A stretch of DNA of 63,831 nucleotides, filler included, from Octopus bimaculoides (lineage: Eukaryota): assembly GCF_001194135.2 (NCBI RefSeq). It is 5 parts of 5 records of this genome, joined end to end, with 100 filler letters (N's around TTAATTAATTAA, not from the genome) between each part and the next. Parts side by side here need not be neighbours in the genome. Positions count along the whole stretch, not along the records: positions 27,796 to 57,464 come from NC_068981.1; positions 57,565 to 61,917 come from NC_068988.1; positions 62,018 to 63,831 come from NC_068989.1; 2 more parts are not named here. One strand, given 5' to 3'. The notes below the pieces were generated by a model. That model worked only from the letters and a program-made list of their open reading frames with translations. It made no database searches and had not been told where the DNA came from. Shown one piece after another: positions 51,996 through 63,831 of this stretch (within the stretch, counting starts at the first letter, position 1; the number at the start of each line of letters is the position of its first letter). Position numbers and translations under genes: made by a program.

Positions 51996-52310
51996 AAGGC
52001 GGAGGCGGCGGCTAAAGTTGTCTATATCAGTTTTTAGTTCTATGAGATTTGGAGTGGATGTGGGTGTAAAGTTGAGGCCTTTTAGTGGTAGGTTCATTTC
52101 ATTTTCGCTAAGTTCTCTTTTAGATAGGTTTATTATTTTGGTGTTTATGTGTTTCATGTGTACATTTGTAATCTTTGGTGTGTTGGGTCTGGAGTATGGT
52201 TGAAGTATCCTTTCCCTAAAAAAGGAGTTGTGTTGTTGCGTCTCCAAATTCCATTTTCAGGTTTTAGGTTGTCTTGTAGAAGCAGAGGGGTGGTCTATAT
52301 GGTCTGTATG
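51984..52310 (-). mobile_element. Penelope-like element ORF N-terminal fragment
   Basis: IINLSKRELSENEMNLPLKGLNFTPTSTPNLIELKTDIDNFSRRLRLMEFF matches the NLS...L.KGL.F.P...D...F.RRLRL.EFF pattern upstream of the PLE RT. Confidence 0.75.
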
Positions 52311-52345
52311 GTCTATATATATATATGTATACACCCACACACACC

Positions 52346-52383
<38 letters not shown>

Positions 52384-52950
52384 NNNNNNNNNNNNNNNNN
52401 NNNNNNNNNNNNNNNNNCTGTCTCTATCCTTTTCGTTGCTTCTCTTAATTTCGTTTCTTTCTCCCCACCTCTATGTCTTTCGATGTTACTCACCTCCAAC
52501 TATCACGTGATTCGGACGGCTTAAGGCTGTGTCATTCTTTTTCGCTCAGTCGGTGTCATTCCTTTGATCTGACTAGTCACGCGTTTCTGAGCTTCTCACT
52601 CTACCCTTCCCGTGTCTATAGACCTTTAGGACAATTTTCATTTCTCCTTCGCGTTACCCATTTTTGCTTTGTCTTCCACTCCTAAGGCTTTTTTTGTTGT
52701 AAATGTATTATCATTTTAATCGTTGTCTTTGTCTGGCCCAAAGCCTTTATTCTGTTTATTGTTTTATCCCTCGTCCATCCACTAACGGTCTCGTCTCGAG
52801 TCCGTCTAGTTTAGTTACGTTTTGGTCCCATTCACAGCGGAATATTATCGATAATGGCCGAAATTACGCTTGACCCTCTGGCCGATAAGCGTCTTCTGTT
52901 CGTTTGTGTATTTAGTATATGTTCGTATGTTTATTTACTACAGTTTTTTA

Positions 52951-52989
<39 letters not shown>

Positions 52990-53389
52990 TGAATGTGTAA
53001 TGGTGTCTGGTTTTGCGTGTGTTTGATGTTACTCTAACTCCTCCTACACCGTCCTACCGATTTTATTGATTTTAGGCACACAGGTAGATCATATGCCGTA
53101 AAGTTCAAATAAGGCGGGAATTTTTCGAAAACTCGATAATGCTCAATTGACATCGATTTTTGTGATCTCTGTCGGACGTTTGAATGGAAATTCCCATAAC
53201 GATGTTATTTTCCCTGCAGCTTTTGCATTTTTAGTTCGATTTTGATGAAAATCGATGAGTGAGCGAGGCTCATGGCAGTGAGTTGATGTCAATATATGGC
53301 GTTGACAAAAAATCGACAGTTGCGCCTGAGCCACGATGAAAGATTTAAGTTATAGCTCCACTCATTCATATTATAACCATATACATAAC

Positions 53390-53790
53390 GAACATGCAGA
53401 GAAAAATCAAAATACCCATTGATGAACCTCTGTATGAGTACAAATCTTGTATATAAATGTATCGCGAACACAAGGATTGGGGCGTATGTTTACTTTGGGC
53501 AAGCAGCTGATTCATTCAAGAATCATTAAGAGACATTCAACATCTTTGGCCGATTTTGTGTGGCGAATTAAGGGTGATAAAAAGTATAACATAACTTGGT
53601 CCATAGTGAGGCATGTAAAACCATAAAATGTCATTCCTAGGAGATGCCGACTCTGCTCCGAGGAATCCCTGTCTGTTCCGTGGACCAATGAAAAAATCAA
53701 TAATAGAATTTCTGAAAGACTCTCAAGATGCTGACATGCATATAAATGTACTTTCTCCCGTTGTAGTGGGAATGGATTTGAGTAACTGTT
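53390..53790 (+). mobile_element. Penelope-like element GIY-YIG endonuclease fragment (Neptune/Poseidon-like), decayed
   Basis: CREKSKYPLMNLCMSTNLVYKC...YVYFGQAADSFKNH, then STSLADFVWRIK...YNITWSIV...CRLC.EE...N.R.E...C*H.YK. Confidence 0.78.
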
Positions 53791-54302
53791 AACATAGTTT
53801 ACCTTAAGGTATGGCTGAATTAAATTTATCTGTAACTTTCCCGTTCTTATTAACACCAAGTAATTATTTAACTCGATATGTGAATGATGTGCGCCAAATT
53901 AGACGTCTGCATGTAAGAGCGAGTGTACACGACTCATACAGCCTATGCAACGACGTTTATACACCCATATGCGTTAAAGTTTATTTTAAGTACTTTTTTC
54001 GCTGTATTGCGTCTTCGTTCATTTTTTGCATCATTTTATTATTGATCTTCTATATAAATGAAGCTATATGCCTTAATTTGCTTTTCTTTACACGAAATGA
54101 GAAGATACATTGTGGAACTGTTATTTTAATGAGTTATATCTATTTCTCATTCGAAGAGTCACATCTGTACCGTCTGATACAACTGAACCAGTTGTTAAGT
54201 ATCCCACTCGTGAAGGATCGATGCCAGATGTGTCGAAACAATCGTTGTGATCAATAAAATCTCACGTACCTCCAATCTTCCGTCGCCTATTTACCATATA
54301 TG

Positions 54303-54375
<73 letters not shown>

Positions 54376-54654
54376 ACAAACACACGCGCGCATATATATA
54401 TATCAAGTCGTGTGCTCCTTCTCAACNNNNNNNNNNNNNNNNNNNNNNNNNNNNNNNNNNNNNNNNNNNNNNNNNNNNNNNNNNNNNNNNNNNNNNNNNN
54501 NNNNNNNNNNNNNNNNNNNNNNNNNNNNNNNNNNNNNNNNNNNNNNNNNATATATACGACAAGAAATAATTTTGCCTCTTTTTATGGAGACAAAAAGGGT
54601 TTATAGAACTGCAAAAAAAATGCTCAAATAAAAATGAAACAGACAAAAACATTG

Positions 54655-54695
<41 letters not shown>

Positions 54696-54733
54696 AGCTA
54701 TCAAGCATAAATTAGTCACAAAAGATAAAATTG

Positions 54734-55563
54734 TTAATTATAATCAGGGTACAAGATAGTACATAGCATTGCTAGAAATAAGAGTCCAAACGGTTCAAGA
54801 ACCACAATAAATCACTAGAGAATTCGAGGAAACGAATAAAATAAAAAGTTAACTTGCCAATAGCGAGTAACAGTCGAAAATGAATTTGCAGACGTATTCG
54901 TATTACGTGACGTCGAACCCTGTGATAAACATACTCACGTCGCCACGTGTGTATTGACCACATGAATGTAGCTGCAAATTCAAAATAAGTACGTCTGCAA
55001 ACTTATTTGCGATTTTTACTCGCCATTGGTAAGATGGCTTTTTTATATGCTCGTTTCCTCGAATTCACCAGTGTGTATAAATGATTTACTGTAGTTCTTG
55101 AACCATTTGGACTCTTATTTCGAGCAATCCTGTGTCCTATCTTGTACCCTGATTATAAATTAATAGTCTTACATTTCTGGTTATTTTATATTTGCTAGCC
55201 ACTGATATTGTTATTTTTTTTATTAATAATAATATCTTTGTATGTTTTCATAATTGTATTCACTTCGATTATTTTGAATTTGCTGCAACTTTCGTGTGGT
55301 CAATACACACATGATGACGCGAGTATATTTAACCCTCAGTAGTTATACTCACTTATGAGAACTAAGTGTCTATCACAGTGTTCGAAATCCTGTGATATGA
55401 GTACGTTTACAAACTCATTCGCGATTTTTACTCGCTATTAGTAAGTTAGCTTTTTGTATACTCGTTTCTTCGTAGTGTGTATAAGTGATTTACTGTTTCT
55501 TGAATCGTTTGGACTCTTTTTCTAGCAATGTTATGTACTATCTTGTACCTTGATTATGAATTT

Positions 55564-55564
<1 letters not shown>
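54734..55564. repeat. Fold-back element (arms 54734-54895 / ~54990-55163) plus a partial inverted second copy (55270-55564)
   Basis: ATAATCAGGGTACAAGATAG / CTATCTTGTACCCTGATTAT. Core 54945-54987 reappears inverted at 55270-55310, followed by a third arm. Confidence 0.85.
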
Positions 55565-55600
<36 letters not shown>

Positions 55601-57564
55601 AGCAATAGGTGAGACCTAGATATGTTCAATATAGGAATCACGTTGTAGTTCTCAAATGAATTTGAACTTCAACTCCGAATTATTTATCCAGGGTGGGATC
55701 AAGAGTGGCTATAAGAGAAATCAGAATCAGCTGACATGAATGTCACAATAAAGATAAACACAATTAGGTTTCACACACACACACACACAACACATCTACA
55801 TATATTCACACACACACACGCACAACACATCTACATATATTCACACACACACACAGCATTTAAGATACGTAATTACAAAAGAGCTACTAATAGATTTATG
55901 CTTTTAAGATACATTAAATTGGCAGATTCATATAACATGACACGTATCTCCAAGCAATCTTTCAGACTCAGTTCACACCTAAGATGTATTTAAGAACTAG
56001 GATGCTGGATTATGAGGAAACATGCGAAAACACAAGAAGGAAAGCCGAAAAGAAACAAAACGCGGGGAAGGTGAAACAAAAAGAGGGAAAACAAAAGTAA
56101 GAAAAACAAGATCTTCATTCTCTTTTTACCGTAGAAACCATAATTAATGTAGCTGGTGGAGAAAAATTGAACAGAAGAGAGGCTAAAGTCTGTGTGACAG
56201 CTACTCAGTGTAGAGCGGGTGATATTTTACAGTTCGTCAAAAGAGACCTGTCTATTTGTTTGCATTTGCAAAACATTTCGGTTCTGCAATTACGTAGTGC
56301 AGTAGAATCCCTAGAACTAAAATGTGCGATCTTTCAGCTACGTATAAGTTGCATCTCTTTGATTCATTTATACACGGCGTATAAAGGTGATAAATGCTCT
56401 ATTGATCTAAAGAGAGAGAGTGTGTTGTTAAGTGAAATGGAAATTAGAGGGGGAAATAAGGGATTAATGGAGTAAAAATTACTTGTTTAAACTAAGTTAA
56501 TATTATTACCAAAGTTTACTTCGATATCCACGCTCTATAGGTGTTGATGCAAGGATTTACCAATGAATAAAATAAAGTGAAGGGATCTATTTTGTGTAGA
56601 GCAGTATTTTATACGTAATAAAGTAGGGAGAAGAAAATATTTATATGTTTTGAATTCATCTTACGATAAACGTAAACAAACAAACTAAGATTGCTTTCAG
56701 AAGCTTTGATATGTCTTAGAAAGTTAAAGAAGACATTTAAAATTCTCTGACGCAGAATAATGCCAATAATATAGCCTAAACAGGTTGAATTACCCCTATC
56801 TTTGCTGAAGAAAGTAAAGGCAACTAGGGAGATGGGAGTAAGAAGGAGCAATGAAATCAAAGGTATAAAGTTATGGGAGCACAACATATTGAACATAGTT
56901 GAAAGTAATGTTTATGTTAAGTTAAATTGAAAGTAATGTTTAAGTTCATGTTATATAGACGTGCTGGGTGTCCCAATTTGAATTCACAAGATAGAAAGTA
57001 TTCAGATAACATATAAAGGTATAATTAACTTGTATCGCTTGAAGTATGTGAATAACTAATAGATAAAAACGTAACTAGTATCAGTTATATACATTTGTAG
57101 GAGTTATTTATTTGAAGAAAATACATGAGCTTGCCAATGTTTACATCTATATGCTCTTTCAATAAACGTATTTTAGTTTTCTTTTTAGTTTTCTTTTGAT
57201 GGGTCTGTATTAGCGGTAGTGCCTGTTTTTCTCCCCTCTGTCTAAAAAATGGTTGTTGAAGTGGGGGGTGTAGTGATTGTTAGAATTGTGGTAGAAGGGG
57301 TGGGGGTAGGGGTATTGTTGGGTGGATAGGCTGGAAGTGGATGGGTAGGTATAGTGATTGTGTTGGTATGGGATGTGATGGTTTAAGGTTTTGTGAGAAA
57401 TGCGGTGTGTTTTTGGGTGTTTGTAGGGTGGATTGTATGCAAGGTTGGAGTTGGGTAGGCAGTTNNNNNNNNNNNNNNNNNNNNNNNNNNNNNNNNNNNN
57501 NNNNNNNNTTAATTAATTAANNNNNNNNNNNNNNNNNNNNNNNNNNNNNNNNNNNNNNNNNNNN

Positions 57565-58220
57565 TTCCCCATGAAGTTCCCTTTTCGGTTGTGGCTGAGC
57601 TTTTTCCCTTTTACCAAGCCATTGTTTACGACATTTAACATTTCGATAGAAGATCCATTTTTCGTCACCAGTCACAAGTCTATCCAAAAAGGGTGAAATG
57701 AGTTCACGAGAATGGAGAGAAGAACAGATGTCAACTCTGGATTTGCGGTTGCTTTCGGACAATTCACGAGGCACCCATTTTCCAAGTTTAGGAACCTTTC
57801 CAAGTTGTTGAAGATGACGATGAACAGTTGTATGGTTTGAACTAAGCTTTATTGCCAATTCTTCAACTGATAATGCAGGATTTTCTTCAAGTAATGCCTC
57901 AAGGTGCTTATCATTAAACTCAACTGGACGTCCTGTTCGATCTTCGTCTTCAAGGCTGAACTCTCCACTTCTGAATTTTGCAAACCATCTTCTGCAAGTT
58001 CTTTCATTCAAGCATTCTTTCCCATAAACTGAGTGTATGCTTCGAGTCGCTTCGGATACTATGAGATGCAACATCAATGATGTCTCTGGTGTTTCAAACT
58101 GTATCACCCATTTGACCCAACCGGGGTCGGTCAAATCACAGCTAGCATCCCAATAAAAGTAAAACATCAGTCTGCTTTTTTTTTTAAATCCCAAACCGCT
58201 AAGTGGCCTTCTTTGCAACT
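57565..58220 (-). mobile_element. Mariner transposase 5' half, truncated at a gap
   Basis: EATRSIHSVYG...RWFAKFRSG...EDEDRTGRP (HTH), WVPREL linker motif, VTGDEKW (first catalytic D). Confidence 0.92.
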
Positions 58221-58440
58221 TCAGTGATGGCCACTAGCTTTTCTGAGACTATTTGACGTAAGATAATACAGATATTTTACACAACAAAAGTAGCTTTGTT
58301 GTTGCCAATAGAGATATGGATATTTAATTCTGGCTTCTAATCTGTTTTAGACATTAAGAATGTCAATAGTAGATTCAGTTATGCGGCGAATAATGTGTCT
58401 TGTACTATTTAGTTACATTCATTTTACATTCTAGTCTAAG

Positions 58441-58612
58441 CGCGTGGCCTAGGCGCGTTGTTAGGGTGTTGTATTCACTATCACAAGATTGTGGTTTCGA
58501 TTCCAGGACTGGGAGGTATGTTTTGTTCTTGAGCAAAACGCTTCATTTCACGTTGCTTCAGCTGTAAATGAGTAACTCTGCGACTCATTGGCGCCCCGTC
58601 CAGGAGGAATAT
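58441..58612 (+). mobile_element. tRNA-headed SINE (family C-related)
   Basis: GCGTGGCCTAG...GTTAGGGTGTT...GGTTTCGATTCC...CTTGAGCAAAACGCTTCATTTCACGTTGC. Confidence 0.6.
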
Positions 58613-60100
58613 TGTGATCTCGATCGCTTATTTACCAAGGAAAACCGCGTAAGTAACTCTATGAGTTCTAGAACTCGTGACATTAATGTCTAGGGCCTAC
58701 CTTTATCAAATCTCAGCTGGTGCAGCTTTGTGCTTTATCCTTTGGACGTTCATAAAGAACCAATCAAATCCTAGAAACGATAAGAAAACAATATGTATTA
58801 GACATGAAATTTATAATTGCATCTCATATGACCCCCATCTTGAACGACCTCTATCGCATTTTAATTTTTATCATCATTCTATCTTTACGTTTCTATAACT
58901 CAATAAGTTCAACACAACCGAGCGGCAGAAGCGGTTTCTGTGTCGGGATAAAAACCATTTTTCTATTCAGTATGGCCTGTTATGTTCTGAGGCAAATTCT
59001 TGTCACGGTTGTCTTTTCCTTCCACTATCCTGTGTAGTCAATAAAACAAATACCAGTTGTATACTAGGGTAGTTTCATTCGGTTTGATGTCCGTCTCGTT
59101 CTAATATCTCACTTTGTGTCAATGTAAGTTTAAAGTAAATAATGTATGCATCTCTGTTATTCTGTATAAATATTTATTTCTATATTTAGTTCTATTTACT
59201 CAGATACCCTAGGTTTCTTATATTTGTCTGTAGGTATCTATGTATGTACACACACACACACACACACACGCACACATAGATGTATGTATATACGTACGTG
59301 CTATATTTTCTGTTGGTACGCTCAAGTGGCTGACACGCCTCACTTTCATTGCAGAAGAAATAATATCTGTTTTTAATCACATGTGACTGCACTTAAAGAA
59401 AATTCCGATGGGATTTAAGAGCCGTTGTTGTTGTTAAAAATGTGACAGGGGCTGAGCCTAAAACAATATCTTGGGTGACACACTCATGTTTATAATAAGG
59501 TTCTCTGTGTCTTTCTTACTTAACACATCTTTTATCTTTTAATATTTTCTGTTTCTGTCAACAAAGAAAATCATTACAGTCCAGCAAGTTAACGAGAAGG
59601 TCATTAGACTTTGCTAGAAATAGCAGCTAAAGCTCTCTCAAATCTCACCCTACAGTCTTTAAAAAGAAGAAAGATATTCCTGATAATGATAACGACCTGT
59701 ATGCATTTAATCCTTGGTTTGTCCAATCAGATCTGCACATGAGTCAAACAACTAATTGAGTTTGAGGAAATTAATGACAGCCTACGTCATCAAATGTCTC
59801 TTCATGTTATAAAACGGGAATAAAATAGAATAAGTTCGCCTGTTTTTATTAAAAGGAAAATAGCAAGATTTCAGGTACACAGGAGAATTGTAGCCACACT
59901 GTCCTGTCTTGGCAGCAACAAAATATTATTGCAACAAGATTCTGCTTCCTTCTGCTTCCAATGCTCTTAAATATGCTCGTCATTATTTTTAGTGTAGTAG
60001 GCCTCGACTCCTTTCACACCATCGACCGCTTTCATGCAGGACTATTTTTCGACGGAGCAGAATATCATGTACATACCAACGCACAATAAAGAGCCTAATA

Positions 60101-60423
60101 TATTGGGTTGGCAACTAAGTTCCCTCTCCATACACAGCACAAATGTCCTGAGCAGCTTTTGCGGCCTTAGAACCTTGATTAAAAGCAAAAAGAAGGAGGT
60201 GTCGAAAATGCTCGTTTTTCTTAACTTGACATTCCAGTTTAATGATCTGAAAATAAACAAAAATTAACTAAAATTAACTAGAAGAAAAAAGAAAAGAAAA
60301 CAAAATAGATTCCAAAATGATTCAAAAATAGAATTCTGGAAAAAAATAGATTCCAAAATTTAAAAGCGCAATAAATTCCAAAATTAAAAAGAAAACGGCG
60401 GGAACTTAGTTGCCAACCCAATA
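60101..60423 (-). mobile_element. Non-autonomous mariner deletion derivative with intact TIRs and TA TSD
   Basis: TATTGGGTTGGCAACTAAGTTCCC (60101-24) is the perfect reverse complement of 60400-60423, with TA on both flanks. The minus strand encodes (M)ECQVKKNEHFRHLLLFAFNQGSKAAKAAQDICAVYGE, then the TIR. Confidence 0.92.
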
Positions 60424-61014
60424 TAATTTAATTATTACGCATATAATATATGCATATTAAACACATAATATATATATAATGCCAAAACACCATGCAGACT
60501 GCGATATTCACGAAATAGAAATAAAAGAAAAAAAATCAATCTTTTCTGGGCAACCTGGTATCAAACGAACTCGATACTGATTCGCGGCCCGGACCAGTTG
60601 GAAACCGTTGGTTTAAAGTGACCACACCATTTTAAATGACTTCATTAAATTTATTATATATCCACATATATAGTGATAACGAATATATCAATATAGGTGA
60701 TGAAATTATTATGAAGATAGATGCAGAATTGCTTTAGACTTGATAGAGAATAGTTATATAAAAGAGTTGTATAGAAGTTGTAAAAAGAGCGCGAAAAGTA
60801 AAGGATGTCTTATAATTGACATTAGATAACCTCGTTAATAGCGTTAAAATAACAAACTACTTTGACAAGACTTGACAAGACTCATCCTAAGTTGACTTCT
60901 GACACGGATGTATGTTAAACATATTGAAGCTTAAAGAAAATTAGGAGATAATTTTAGAGATGACGCTACAATCTCAATAACGGTTATTACTTCCGCTACT
61001 TATTGACATACTTT

Positions 61015-61054
<40 letters not shown>

Positions 61055-61316
61055 NNNNNNNNNNNNNNNNNNNNNNNNNNNNNNNNNNNNNNNNNNNNNN
61101 NNNNNNNNNNNNNNNNNNNNNNNNNNNNNNNNNNNNNNNNNNNNNNNNNNNNNNNNNNNNNNNNNNNNNNNNNNNNNNNNNNNNNNNNNNNNNNNNNNNN
61201 NNNNNNNNNNNNNNNNNNNNNNNNNNNNNNNNNNNNNNNNNNNNNNNNNNNNNNNNNNNNNNNNNNNNNNNNNNNNNNNNNNNNNNNNNNNNNNNNNNNN
61301 NNNNNNNNNNNNNNNN

Positions 61317-61373
<57 letters not shown>

Positions 61374-61869
61374 ATTATATTATATATTATATATGAGTTT
61401 ACGTATACATATACATATAAAATGTATATATATATATGTCTGTGTGTGTATATATGCCTTGTGTATACACACACTTAGACCTCATTTATACAATATACAT
61501 ATGAGTGTGTAGATATATGTTTATGTATAAATATATATATATATGTACATATATATATATGTGTGTGTGTGTGTATGCATGTATGTGTATGTATTTGGTT
61601 ACGTAAACACTCGGCATATTTTTCTTGAAGTGTTGTAATGCCTTTGACCCTTAAAGATGTTTCTTTTTCCCCAATTAGACCTTTATTCTTAGCTTTGAAC
61701 ACTTAGTTTGGAACACAAGAGTTTCAATGTCCATTACCTAAATTAAGAAATAACAACTAAACTATTCCTATTCGTTTAACCATTTGAATTTATCTAAAAC
61801 GGATTGAACGGGTTTATGAATTACTGAGTTCTGAGATGAATGTTCACTGGTGCTCATTGTATCTTTGGT

Positions 61870-61917
<48 letters not shown>

Positions 61918-62017
61918 NNNNNNNNNNNNNNNNNNNNNNNNNNNNNNNNNNNNNNNNNNNNTTAATTAATTAANNNNNNNNNNNNNNNNNNNNNNNNNNN
62001 NNNNNNNNNNNNNNNNN

Positions 62018-62066
<49 letters not shown>

Positions 62067-62079
62067 ATATACTTTTACA

Positions 62080-62270
62080 TTTTTACTTGTTTCAGTTATT
62101 TTGACTGTGGCCATGCTGGAGCACCACCTTTTAGTTGAAGAAATCAATTCCTGCACTTATTCTTTGTAAGCCTGGTACTAGTAGAAGACACATGCCCAAG
62201 GTGCCAGCAGTGGAACTGAACCCGGAGCCATGTGGTTGGGAAGCAAGCATGCTTGCACCTAATGCCACGC
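62080..62270 (-). mobile_element. Internally deleted family B SINE
   Basis: TTTTACTTGTTTCAG...GCTGGAGCACCACC joined directly to AGAAGACACATGCCCAAGGTGCC...GGAGCCATGTGGTTG. Confidence 0.8.
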
Positions 62271-62917
62271 CTGAGGTTTAGCAAATATAAGAATAGTACT
62301 TAAATACTATTTTATTTCTGATAAAAATCACTCATGTTCTTAACATCCATCAGCATTCCACAGCACCTCTTTGACAGCTCTCAAGCCACTCATACCAATG
62401 AAATAATACTACTCAGATTCTTAACCACTGGTTTTACATTACCAGTTGCGATGAAGCATATCGAGATCATTAAAATAGGAAAGTGAAAAATCATTAATTT
62501 ATGTCTGTGTCAAGCAATCATATACTTAGCTGTCTGGAGAAGAATAAGAGCTTGACAACTCAGCAAAATGCTTCAATAGAATGAAATGACAAAGAGAATA
62601 TGTTAAAGGAAAAAAAAAATGTAATACATAAAATAAATATGAATAAAAGAGTAAATCTGGGAAAAAACGAATAAAAAAGTAATAAAAAAAGAATCTGCTG
62701 ATCCACAACATGAAAGGTTAGAAAGAAAATAACAATTGATCAGAGAACAAACAGGTGATATCTTATCCAACTTTAAATACATAAAGTTTAACATCTTCAG
62801 ATATAGGGTGCCAACACAAAAAGCTAGTTTGTATGGAGTTTATAATGTATAAGAACCAGAAATGACATCAAAAGTTGATCCTAAAGATTTTTAAACAGAA
62901 GAACATACTGATAAATT

Positions 62918-63253
62918 AAAGACTATTTGGCAACATAATGTGGTAGTCCTGGTTGGGATGAATGTTACTGTTGTTTAGTCCTAGGAAACACTGTCTCCAG
63001 CTGGTTATACAACACAATATCTGTGTCCATATATTTTCGAACAGGGAAGTTGAGGAAGAGAAATAACTCAGAAACCGTGGGAGTCCACAGATATTGCTTT
63101 GTGCTGAGTGGAGATGCTGAACCCTCCTGTTCGAAAATATAAGGACGCAGATAGTTTGTTGTATAGCCAGCTGGAGATGGTGTTTCCTGGAACTAAACAA
63201 CAGTAACATTCGTCCCAACGAAGACAGCCACATTATGTTGGCAAATAGTCTTT
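62918..63253. repeat. ~335-bp imperfect inverted repeat (MITE-like), ~128-bp arms
   Basis: AAAGACTATTTGGCAACATAATGTGG...TTTTCGAACAGG versus CCTGTTCGAAAA...CCACATTATGTTGGCAAATAGTCTTT. A related arm lies at 34750-34822. Confidence 0.9.
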
Positions 63254-63831
63254 GCTTTAAAGTACTGTTACTGAATGTCTCTCATTGAGAGATTTAGAAA
63301 TAACAATAATTCTATTTATAGTGATAAAATGTTTTCTTCAAATTTTCATTTCATATTTCAAGAGAAAACCAGGCTTGATTTACTAGCCGATGATCGAAAA
63401 TGGGTAATTCTGAGTACTGGAAATTGGCGCCATTCACTGTGTGTGTATGTGTGTGTGTGTACACACACACACACATACACACACAAACATATATATATAC
63501 ATGTATATTGACTGGCTAACTGAGCTAACCCTTCATGTTGGGATTCTGTATCTCAAGAGGCATATACATGCTTCCATGCAAATGCATATAAGCATGTATA
63601 TATGACTATAAATGCATACATTTTTTGCTGATTCAACTGATAATGGAATAGTAAACTATATATGTATATATGTATATATATATGTATATATATAATGATG
63701 TTTTGAGCGTACACCCTACAACAAAAGTGTTGAGAGTAAAAAAATGGAGACAGAATGAAAAAAAAAAACTGAGAGACAAAAAATGTATTCAGCATGATGA
63801 AATGTGTGTGTATATATATATATATATATAT

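Noticed and set aside
54159-54250. Hammerhead-like TGAAGG...GAAAC..GT after the GIY-YIG fragment
   Set aside because: Core, stem II and the cleavage triplet are all non-canonical. Too degenerate to call.
57290-57325. G-quadruplex-capable GGGGTGGGGGTAGGGG...GGG
   Set aside because: Part of a GT-rich low-complexity repeat fragment next to a gap, with no evidence of function.

Overview
AT-rich, microsatellite-dense animal genomic DNA with about a tenth of the window as N gaps. The tRNA/CORE-type SINE families resemble those of octopus, so a cephalopod draft scaffold is likely (inference). No host protein-coding gene could be identified with confidence. Most ORFs in the supplied track are microsatellite or N read-through artefacts. 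The window is a transposon graveyard: several SINE families, Tc1/mariner fragments (one clean deletion derivative with TIRs and TA TSD), Penelope-like (GIY-YIG) fragments and several long fold-back palindromes. The most notable structure is at 41.3-52.0 kb. There, five co-oriented R4/Dong-clade (RT plus restriction-like endonuclease) non-LTR retrotransposon copies sit head-to-tail in (AAT)n tracts, and the four that retain a 3' end each have a different 3' UTR. The only copy with its 5' end intact starts exactly at a predicted HDV-like self-cleaving ribozyme (48924-49103), which appears to carry an unusual hairpin inserted into the normally short L3 loop. All folds were derived by eye and alignments were not computed, so coordinates of degenerate repeats are approximate.
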